A DNA stretch of 64,000 bases, from the NCBI GenBank assembly GCA_030265395.1, contig JARFYF010000053.1:32993788-33057787 (forward strand). Reading direction: 5' to 3'. The position numbers and the translations under genes are program-made. Positions 57,001 to 64,000 of the stretch are shown piece after piece; position 1 is the first letter of the stretch, and the number at the start of each line of letters is the position of its first letter. The notes under the pieces are model-generated. The model was not told the origin of the DNA. It saw only the letters and a list, made by a program, of their open reading frames with translations, and made no database searches. This DNA is from Rhina ancylostomus. Its lineage: Eukaryota.

Positions 57001-60000
57001 AAATTAGAATGCTCAATTCCTCCACTTAGATGAATAGGTAGGAAACCACCTTCCTTCAAAAAGACTTCAGCCATTTCCCCCTTGCAAAATGGACAGATTT
57101 TATAAGACAAGTCATTGGAGCAGAATTAGGCCATTCTGCCCCGAGTCTGCTGCTATTCAATCATGACTGATTTATTTTTTCCCCTCAACTCCATCTTTCT
57201 GCCTTCTCTCCACAACCATTGACTGCCTTGCTAATCAAGAACCTATCAACCTCAGCTTTAAATATACCTAATGACTTGGCCTCCACAACCATCTGTGGCA
57301 ATGAATTCCACAGGTTTACTACCTTTAGCTAAAGAAATTCTTCCTCGCCTGTTCTAAAAGGGACATGCTTCTATTCTGAGGCTGTGCCCTCTGGTCCTAG
57401 ACTCATTTTGGTTTGTCTTTATTAAAAAAACTTTAGTTGCTCAAGGTGCCCAATTTTGATTGCCTGCACTGATAAACAGTCTCAAGTAATCTGAAGAGCA
57501 ACACACTGATTTAACAAAATTCAACTACTTTAATACCATACAGACCAACTGACAGCAGGGATAAAATACTGCGCCCAAATAAACTAGATAATTTCAACTG
57601 CACTCAAAAACATGATTGAATATCCAGACATGTCCCATTTGCTTTAAGGTCTGGTTGTTTGGATTCCTTCCTCAGATTAGTCCCTATTTTCATAAGCTAG
57701 CTACTCACAAATAGATAAATACAACTTCCACCTGCCCACTTTTTGGTATGGGAATCAAAGTCAAGATGAAGGGAATGAAAAGAGTATTAGAGACTGCATA
57801 ATACAATCCACATGCAAGATTGACATATCTGTCATGCAATTACCCTCTTCATCCCAAAACACATGGCAGATCAATTGGGACAATAGTTGAAGCTACCTTA
57901 TTACTCTCACCAGGTACATTAGTCTTAAATAGGGTTACTCAGATTAGCCTTAGTTTCATGAAAGTTTGAGGCAGTCAGGGGAAAGGAAACTATAGAAAGA
58001 CTGGGGTTGGAGTATCTAATTGATAAGTCAAAAATAAAAAGCTGGTTTCAACAAAAGGGCAACTCCATTAGAAAGTTCACTTATTTTATTCTCTGCATGG
58101 CTAACAAACAAGCCCAAATGCTATAACTATTCATAACTGCATTTAAAATAGCTGCAGACTACAGAGTATCCTCAGCAAGACAAGATCCGTAATGTTCTAA
58201 CCTCAACAGGCCACAAGTTTAAGCAACTTATCTCCATTTCTTGAACGAAAAATGTTTAAGTGCCAACACTGGTAATGAAGCCTATCTGTAAACCCATTAA
58301 CATTACTAGCAGTAACACCAAATATTAGCAAAATAGCCACACACCCAAATGTAGCTCTATACTGTCAGACTATATGCAAGTTACTGTGCCAAGTCAATCA
58401 TCGAATTCTCTCTTGATGTACTCATTTTCCTCAAAATAAATGAGCATGGACCAGAAAAATTGGGCACAATGGAGGAATTCATCACCTGATTTACTGACAT
58501 CATTTGCAGAAACATACCTTTCCTCAGCCACAATCATTTCACTTCATCAGTGGAAGTACAGCTAAATAAAAACAAGAGTTGTTTGCCTGAAGGCATTTGA
58601 ATTTCTGTATACGCTTCCTTGATGTGATTTTCACAGCATGTCTACACATGCTGCTTTACATTGGAGTTCAGGAAGAGAATTTGTCAGCATTTGACCAAAA
58701 TAGTTTTCTATGGATGTTAGAACTGCTTCCTTGAAGTTCTGCATGTTCTGAAATCTAAAAAGAAATCTGATTGAAGGGCCATGGCCTTTGGTGCAAGGTA
58801 CCCAAGATCCAAAATAATAAAAAGCCAGGCAGTGGTAATTAAACAGCACTGAAGTTTCTCCCTCACCCACCCCCAAAAAGATTCAGATTACACCAAAGAT
58901 GCAGTTACTTTGGGCTGTGATGCCAGGAAGCAGCGTAATGAGTTTCAGTATCAAATAACCCTTTAAATGCAAGAAACAAGAGGAATTTTCCAGAGAAAAT
59001 CTAACCAGGTGAAAACAATACCACCCAAATACTGAAGAGCTTCTATAGATATGACAGCAATACTTAAAACTGCTGATAGTTAAGAGGCCACTTTGCTCCA
59101 AGTATCACCTTAAGGAAAGAGCTTTTGGCATCCACCTTGAAGAATGCAAGTAACTTTAATTTTTTTTTAAAAAGTCAGACAGCAACACAAGGGAAAAATG
59201 TGAAAAGATGAGGAGCAAGAGGGACAAAAATGCCTGTGAATCCAGTCATGGTTGTGCCAGAAGGACAAATGCAATATTTCAGCAGAAGTTGCTTGCATTA
59301 GAAGAGCACAAATTGGATAAGTAAAGATCATGCACATGGACCAGCTAAAATCGGTGGAAAGAATCCTTAGAAACTGAAAAGGAGATTCAGAAAGTCAGCA
59401 CATGGTCAACTGACTTTTCCATCAACTCAAATTCTCACTCCAATTGTGGCTCATTAAAAACAATTAGTATATTCTGAATTAGGGCTCCAAAAAACAGAAG
59501 AGCTGAAAATAAACATGATTTGTGTTGCATACACAAGTCCCATCCAGCTGAAGACTATGAAGTTTCAAAGTTGGATTCTCAAGCCTAAGCCCAACAGATG
59601 ACAATTAATTTCAATACCACCAGGTGGGAGATGCAGACAAGGTATTCTCTCAAAGGAGCAGGAATTCAAAGATCAGCATTCCTTTGGATTTATTGACTTA
59701 AGGGAACTACATATGGTATGTGGAGAACAAAGAATTTAAGGTATTGACCTTCCTTCACCCACTGCCCATCCCCAGCATTAATATTTTGAATTTGAAGATC
59801 AGGCTTCCTGCATGCTGTTACCATGGCAAGAAAAACTCCAATCGAGTTTGAAATTGGCAAGACAATTGTTCCAAAAGATATCTATTTTAATTCCTATTAA
59901 ATTGAATTAAATTCAGGATGGTGCAGATAATGCATTGCAAATTTAGAAATGTAGCTTTACAGAATAGTAAATACTTCTGTTTACAGTAACTAAACTCCAA

Positions 60001-60290
60001 GAATCATTAATACAGTACAGAAACAGGCCCTTTGGCCCTTGGGGGCTGTGCTGACCTTCAAGCACCCATTTACACTAATCCAATTTGATATACTTCCCAC
60101 ATTACCATCAACTCTCCCCAATAGTTTTAAAGATGTTGGTAAGGTATTTTCCCAGGTCTGGATGCAGCAATGAGCTTTACCTGACCAGTGATCCTTTCTT
60201 CAGGCAAAATTTCAGGCTTCACTTTCAGCAATTTCACAGCAATCGGTTTTCCAGTCCGTCTGTCAGAGGACACTTCAAATTCCACATCAT
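4763..60290 (-). CDS. CSDE1: CSDE1/UNR, spliced CDS, 5'-partial (17 coding exons visible; start-codon exon missing)
   Basis: Exons join in phase at GT-AG sites into a protein collinear with vertebrate UNR, with repeated cold-shock RNP1 (FGFI) and RNP2 (FFH) motifs and the C-terminus [10 protein letters not shown]. Confidence 0.98.
6560..7150 (-). mobile_element. Degenerate CR1-like LINE fragment
   Basis: Reverse strand resembles the CR1 ORF2 region (KENSQIF..YIK; ..KSGV..IYPR); heavily decayed. Confidence 0.5.
7585..7714 (-). CDS. CSDE1: CSDE1 exon, 130 bp (5 Ns): [43 protein letters not shown]
   Basis: tttag / gtaaat; SUZ-C-type RQPxGPD motif. Confidence 0.96.
8714..9540 (+). mobile_element. 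Rex1/Babar-clade LINE, 5'-truncated relic
   Basis: RT C-terminal motifs [38 protein letters not shown]; 3' tail ending gcatatgacaataaac. Confidence 0.8.
10615..10778 (-). CDS. CSDE1: CSDE1 exon, 164 bp: [54 protein letters not shown](S)
   Basis: cccag / gtaagc; CSD9. Confidence 0.97.
11050..11285 (-). mobile_element. Penelope-like fragment
   Basis: Reverse complement resembles the region downstream of the GIY-YIG domain (tttaattcaccgtcccacttccactc...ggcctcctg...ggttgaggacca). Confidence 0.5.
13780..14000 (+). mobile_element. CR1-like RT fragment
   Basis: GNYRP..., [36 protein letters not shown]. Confidence 0.65.
15544..15722 (-). CDS. CSDE1: CSDE1 exon, 179 bp: [60 protein letters not shown]
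   Basis: ttgcag / gtgaga; lies inside ORF 15469..15783. Confidence 0.97.
16885..17000 (-). CDS. CSDE1: CSDE1 exon interrupted by an 18-N gap: ...[31 protein letters not shown]
   Basis: ttacag / gtgaat; the 5' codons are hidden by Ns at 16982-16999. Confidence 0.92.
20137..20249 (-). CDS. CSDE1: CSDE1 exon, 113 bp: [37 protein letters not shown]
   Basis: ttccag / gtaaga. Confidence 0.96.
22400..23010 (+). mobile_element. Degenerate Penelope-like 3' end with hammerhead relic
   Basis: Contains CTGATGA at 22912-22918 followed by the tail gatgctacccgagccagtgtttctaacattgtttttatt. Confidence 0.5.
23245..23500 (+). mobile_element. Rex1-like LINE 3' fragment
   Basis: [27 protein letters not shown], similar to the 9190-9310 segment. 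Confidence 0.7.
25093..25268 (-). CDS. CSDE1: CSDE1 exon, 176 bp: [58 protein letters not shown](S)
   Basis: tatag / gtgagc; CSD7 RNP motifs. Confidence 0.96.
26340..26733 (+). mobile_element. Penelope-like element fragment (GIY-YIG endonuclease)
   Basis: [41 protein letters not shown], a decayed GIY-YIG signature. Confidence 0.8.
28334..28441 (-). CDS. CSDE1: CSDE1 exon, 108 bp: [36 protein letters not shown]
   Basis: tttag / gtacat; resembles human EAEDGIIAYDD...PQIGDK. Confidence 0.94.
28790..29430 (+). mobile_element. CR1/HER1-like LINE 3' fragment
   Basis: MRRD..E.YKI..G..RIDA..LFP...EMRRDFF.QRVVNL.NSLP..VVEA, followed by a HER1-like 3' tail. Confidence 0.8.
29510..30060 (+). mobile_element. 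Degenerate LINE RT fragment (second family; also at 62990-63460)
   Basis: CFINNLPS..., DLDNIQAW-like segments are shared with 63090-63130. Confidence 0.5.
35586..35750 (-). CDS. CSDE1: CSDE1 exon, 165 bp: [55 protein letters not shown]
   Basis: ctaag / gtaaga. Confidence 0.96.
37485..37625 (-). CDS. CSDE1: CSDE1 exon, 141 bp: [47 protein letters not shown]
   Basis: tatag / gtaagt; CSD5 RNP motifs. Confidence 0.97.
37885..38097 (-). CDS. CSDE1: CSDE1 exon, 213 bp: [24 protein letters not shown]...TGETREM
   Basis: tgtag / gtaagt; overlaps ORF 37873..38088. Confidence 0.97.
38969..39094 (-). CDS. CSDE1: CSDE1 exon, 126 bp: [42 protein letters not shown]
   Basis: cctag / gtaaat. Confidence 0.96.
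40660..40885 (+). mobile_element. CR1-like 3' fragment
   Basis: FRTE.RDF....Q..VEGPSH.IF pattern and cagccatga tail. Confidence 0.55.
41036..41164 (-). CDS. CSDE1: CSDE1 exon, 129 bp: [43 protein letters not shown]
   Basis: cacag / gtaagt; RNP1 and RNP2 of CSD3. Confidence 0.97.
41863..41905. repeat. Tandem duplication of TAAGGAAACACAGATCTTAGA
   Basis: Two exact 21-mer copies separated by 1 nt. Confidence 0.85.
42348..42429 (-). CDS. CSDE1: CSDE1 exon, 82 bp: [27 protein letters not shown]
   Basis: ttttag / gtatgt; phase-consistent with neighbours. Confidence 0.96.
43339..43373. repeat. Direct repeat TTATCCATTAGGAGTG x2
   Basis: Two exact 16-mers at the 5' junction of the CR1 relic. Confidence 0.8.
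43385..44820 (+). mobile_element. CR1/HER1-like LINE, internally deleted ORF2 relic
   Basis: [16 protein letters not shown]..., [32 protein letters not shown]; many frameshifts. Confidence 0.85.
45493..45918. mobile_element. Non-autonomous Penelope-derived element with inverted termini
   Basis: Left arm 45493-45610 is a diverged reverse complement of right arm 45845-45918; both carry CTGATGA...CCTGAAA. Confidence 0.55.
45570..45608 (-). ncRNA. Minimal type I hammerhead ribozyme motif (Penelope-type)
   Basis: CAGUU-CUGAUGA-A-AGGU-CAUCA-ACCU-GAAA-UG-UU-AAUUG. Confidence 0.6.
46323..46420 (-). CDS. CSDE1: CSDE1 exon, 98 bp: [32 protein letters not shown](H)
   Basis: tttag / gtatgt; translation matches UNR. 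Confidence 0.96.
48080..48324 (-). ncRNA. Candidate intronic H/ACA-like RNA, copy A
   Basis: Direct repeat of 52781-53042; hairpin, AAAAGA H box (48250-48255), GGGCC..GGCCC domain with UGAG loop, hairpin, ACA+3 nt. Confidence 0.45.
49362..50925 (+). mobile_element. Decayed Penelope-like element with inverted terminal repeats
   Basis: RT motif FTMDVK at ~49692, GIY-YIG remnant at ~50130-50230; 49503-49572 is an inverted match to 50521-50588. Confidence 0.75.
50615..50825 (+). mobile_element. HE1-type SINE 3' part nested in the Penelope terminal repeat
   Basis: gtgcaggctggtagattaatt...gtaaagtgctcccagtgtgt...ggcctgcttccacgc; it interrupts the right terminal repeat. Confidence 0.55.
52200..52480 (-). 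mobile_element. HE1/V-SINE-like SINE
   Basis: Reverse strand reads ...gtgtggggtttgcacattct...ggtgctccaatttcctccccatccaaaggtatgctagcagattaattg (V-SINE core); it runs into an N gap. Confidence 0.7.
52781..53042 (-). ncRNA. Candidate intronic H/ACA-like RNA, copy B
   Basis: As copy A; ACAAGA H box at 52953-52958, UGAG at 52908-52911, ACA at 52784-52786. Confidence 0.45.
55165..55263 (-). CDS. CSDE1: CSDE1 cassette-type exon, 99 bp: [33 protein letters not shown]
   Basis: gtccag / gtaaga; phase 0-0; resembles human VVCAVPHNLE...GSVCYERNG. Confidence 0.95.
57103..57405 (-). mobile_element. CR1/HER1-like LINE 3' end
   Basis: ggagcagaattaggccatt...caatcatgactgat...aaagaaattcttcctc...ctctggtcctagactc is the reverse of the CR1 3' region. 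Confidence 0.8.
60181..60290 (-). CDS. CSDE1: CSDE1 coding exon, 110 bp: (D)[36 protein letters not shown]
   Basis: Acceptor ctgcag, donor gtaaag; second half of CSD1. Confidence 0.96.
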
Positions 60291-60689
60291 CTGCAGATGA
60301 TTCAGATTGGTTATCACAGAGCTCTTATTAGGCCAGACATGAAATTGTCAGACTGCACAGAATATTTTAATAAAGACAGATTCACCTGTACCTCCCTTAA
60401 CATAANNNNNNNNNNNNNNNNNNNNNNNNNNNNNNNNNNNNNNNNNNNNNNNNNNNNNNNNNNNNNNNNNNNNNNNNNNNNNNNNNNNNNNNNNNNNNNN
60501 NNNNNNNNNNNNNNNNNNNNNNNNNNNNNNNNNNNNNNNNNNNNNNNNNNNNNNNNNNNNNNNNNNNNNNNNNNNNNNNNNNNNNNNNNNNNNNNNNNNN
60601 NNNNNNNNNNNNNNNNNNNNNNNNNNNNNNNNNNNNNNNNNNNNNNNNNNNCCTTGCAACCTAACATGGGCCATACCCCTCTTTCCTCC

Positions 60690-61010
60690 TGCCCCAACCA
60701 TGCCTCTTTTCTATCGCCCCTTTTATCTCCCTTACCTTTGACCCATCCCCAGGTGGATCTGCTCTCCCCTTCTCCCCCACACCTGCCTATCACTATCTCT
60801 TACCTGCATCTACCTATCACTACCTTGTGCCCACCTCACCTTCCCTCTTTTGTCCACCTATCACTGCTTTGCTTTTCTGTTCTATTTACTGGGCTTCCCC
60901 ATTTTCTTATCTTCAGTCCTGAAGGGTCCTAACCTGAAGTGTCGACTGCCTGCTTTTTGCCACAGATGCTGCCTGGCCTGCTGAGTTCTACAGCAGGATG
61001 GTGTTTTTTT
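60690..61010 (+). mobile_element. Penelope-like 3' terminal repeat with degenerate hammerhead
   Basis: Pyrimidine-rich tract, cagtcctgaagggtcctaacctgaagtgtcgactg, then gatgctgcctggcctgctgagttctacagca. Confidence 0.7.
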
Positions 61011-64000
61011 ATTTTAATGAATTTGCAGTGCTCCCATTATCATCTTGCATTCAGATAGTTAGTCTATCAAAAACAGGCAGCAAGAGGACATTACATCGTA
61101 GAGCTATTTTGCTAAATACAATGGGCGTGTTCCAATCACCAACATTCTACAAGTTATGACAAGTGGGCAAATGTTTTAATCCAACTCAGCAGACTGGCAT
61201 GGTGGGGAAGATTATAGTAATATAAGTTACTTACTGACTTTCCAACCCAGCAAGGTCCACTTCTGTCTCATCTGGGCATTCACATGCTAAATGAACCTGG
61301 CAGAGGGTTCCTAATATTCACAAGAGAAAATTGGCTTCCCATTTGACACCAAACTTCCTAAAAAAGGCCTGGAATTGACCCAGAAATCCCTAGGGAAATA
61401 CAAATTTCTAGAGGGGCAATATGTAACATGATTAGAAGGCCTGGGATCCATCAGAGCATTCTGAAGGCTGTGGCTGCAGAAATTAACCTCCCACCACCAA
61501 CATTTTCCACCCAGTGGACCAGTAAAGGAAATCTAGGGAGCATGTTGGCACAATCCAATCTTCAAAACCAGGAATGCAGATCCTACTCTAAACATAGGGA
61601 TACTACATTAGCAGACAGATGAGCGTCACTGCAGAAGACTGGGAAACCATATTAATGGGCACAAATCTATCACTGCATAACATGGGGATACTGTATTAGT
61701 GACTTTAAAATTGTTTCAATTATCAACCCTGCAATGATCTACCTTTTTTTAAATAAAATCTTCAGGGCATGTGTATGAGAGCACAAAGGATCCCTAGAGT
61801 GGATGCTGCACTGTATTTAAAATGGCTGAGGAAATGTGTACAGTCACTTAGCTTTTCCTGTGGGAAATGTTTTCAGAGGAAAGCATCAACAGCTAGCTTT
61901 AAAATCTTAACTCATGTGAATTTTCTTTTTCAAATTACATGGGAGCACTGCTTTCAACACACAAGAGCATAGTAAATGTTGGAAAAGAAAATTCTGCAGA
62001 AGGTGGAACACAGCAAATTTTCTGGCAGAGTGAAGAGCAGAATACCAAATCTTTGAGGGGTGGGGCACAAGCAGCAGTGGTGTGTAAACTGCTGTGCAAC
62101 ACGGTGAACCCAATTAGAGACACCACAGCAATGGAAAGTTCCCATGTTCAGGCAAGGCATCTTCTCTGAAGTCCTGCACTGTGGGGAGCTGCAGTAGCCA
62201 TTGCCAGCCCCTTAAAGTAATCCTCAGCCATTATTTCACTTCCACCAAGTCACCAGATTTTTAACCCATTACCACCTGAACTCAGTCTGCATCACAAACC
62301 CCAGTCCTTGAATCCCATCTCTTTCCCCAATACCCACACTCCAAACCCTTTCCTGATCCATGGCGCTTGCCCAAAGAGAATGCTGCAGATGCATGGTAGG
62401 TTGCATTCTGAAACATCTGTTCATATATCCTCAGACAGGAGAGGGCATAGCACGGGGATAGACTCATGTGTAACTGCCAACCCAATTGGCATGATGTCAT
62501 ATCCAAATCATATTGCCTCAGTATTGAGTGACTAAACTTTCCTTTTGCACAGGGCCTTTTTCCTCCCCCACTCCCCAGTCTAACATAGGCCTCAGCTGTT
62601 AAATAACAGCACTGGATCACTTTGCAATCAACAATAAAATGGCTTAATGAGGGAAAAACATCTTTTCAGAAAACATCTCTTCTTAAATCATGGGATTCAA
62701 AATGGGAACGCGCGCTAGGAAAGGACAACCGGGATTGCCTGTATTTCCAAGAAAGCAAGGAGTGATCTCACAGGATAGTTAAGAAAATGGCTGAGAAGTT
62801 TTCCAAGCCAGGACGTTATGTACCATGCACAGAATTTTTGACCGTTTTATGCAGAACACACTGTAGCATAATTTCAGGGAGGGGAGATAAATTTATACAG
62901 ATGGGAATATAAAAAGAATATGGTTATGGCATTTAAGGGCTGGTTGTATCCAGGATTTCTGCAGGGCAATATTTGGAGGTACTTAGTTGCATGATCAATG
63001 ATGTTCCTTCCATCACATGGCCACAAGCTTGTCTATCCACTGACTGCATGTTCAGTTCCATTTGCAATGCCTCACAAAAGATTCCATGCATGTAGGCAGC
63101 AAGACCTGGATAACATCCAAGCTTGAACTGATGTGGTCTGAATCTTGACAGTCAGACAATGACCAACTCCAACAAGAATAATCATTTCCAAATATTTTCA
63201 ATAGCATTACCATTGTCAAGTCACTCAGTGGCCTGAACATCACCTAAAATCTAATTGGATCAATCACAAATGCCACAGCACAAAGATAAGATTCTGTGGC
63301 AAGTAACTGATATCTACAAGTTACACCAGGAGAGTGATGAAATATTCTCTGTATGCCTGGATCAAGCCAGTACCCATACATGCTGCTAAACAGAATCAAG
63401 GAAGGTCATTTCCTTGATTGCAAATCTATCCCCTCCCTCCACTCAACATATTGTTGTTACAATGGATTCTTGCTACCATTCCAAAAATTTGAAAAATCAC
63501 AATTCTTAAGGTGAATGAAAATATTAAGCACCCTAATTAGATTTTAAGCATAAAGACAAGATCTTTTTATTTACAAAGTCCAATTTCTGACCTTTAGAAG
63601 TCCACTAGATTAAAATTTGCCTTTTGAAATGGGAAGTTGGTTCTTTCTGCCCAAAACTAAAACTAAACATGGCAGCTGTCTTGACTGGACAAATACAGAT
63701 GCAGAGCTACCACCCAAGAAAATAAAGCACACTTAAGTTGCGAGGACATTTTCCCTGCAGTAATTAATGAAGCTTAGAAAAAGCCCCCAGATTAATCCTT
63801 CAGTATAAAAACTGAGCTTGCAGTTATTTGTACACCATTTCTCATTTGAACACAATACTTGGTTCTTTAAGGCAATTTTCAGTACAATGAGTTTTATTAT
63901 TGTTTTCCTTAAGTAACCATTCTACAGCATCAGCTTTGCCATTTTTTATAAAATAACTAATTTGTTTATGCATTGTCACACAATTAGACAGAATTCTGAT

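Noticed and set aside
52351-60932. Long ORFs such as 52351..52749 and 60297..60932
   Set aside because: Their length comes from read-through of N runs.
1-64000. Prokaryotic-type systems (CRISPR arrays, operons), tRNA or rRNA genes
   Set aside because: None seen; the window is an intron-rich vertebrate locus.

Overview
Eukaryotic (vertebrate) genomic DNA, AT-rich with many scaffold gaps. The repeat content (CR1/HER1-like and Rex1-like LINE relics, HE1-type SINEs, Penelope-like elements) suggests a cartilaginous fish; this is inference. The window is almost entirely one minus-strand gene, CSDE1 (UNR, cold shock domain-containing E1). I traced 17 GT-AG coding exons from 60290 down to the TGA stop at 4763-4765, plus a ~1 kb 3'UTR ending near an AATAAA at 3729-3734. 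The start-codon exon is not visible. Most entries in the ORF track are noise. The most notable unexplained signals are: (1) a ~245-nt element present twice in one intron, sense to CSDE1, which by eye folds like an H/ACA (scaRNA-like) RNA with H box, UGAG loop and terminal ACA, with cryptic exon candidates lying between the two copies; (2) Penelope-derived minimal hammerhead ribozyme motifs, one nearly intact and sense to the pre-mRNA; (3) a His-to-Arg change in the RNP2 motif of the last cold-shock domain; (4) no NRAS promoter or exon directly behind the CSDE1 poly(A) site. All comparisons to human CSDE1 are from memory, not from a database search.
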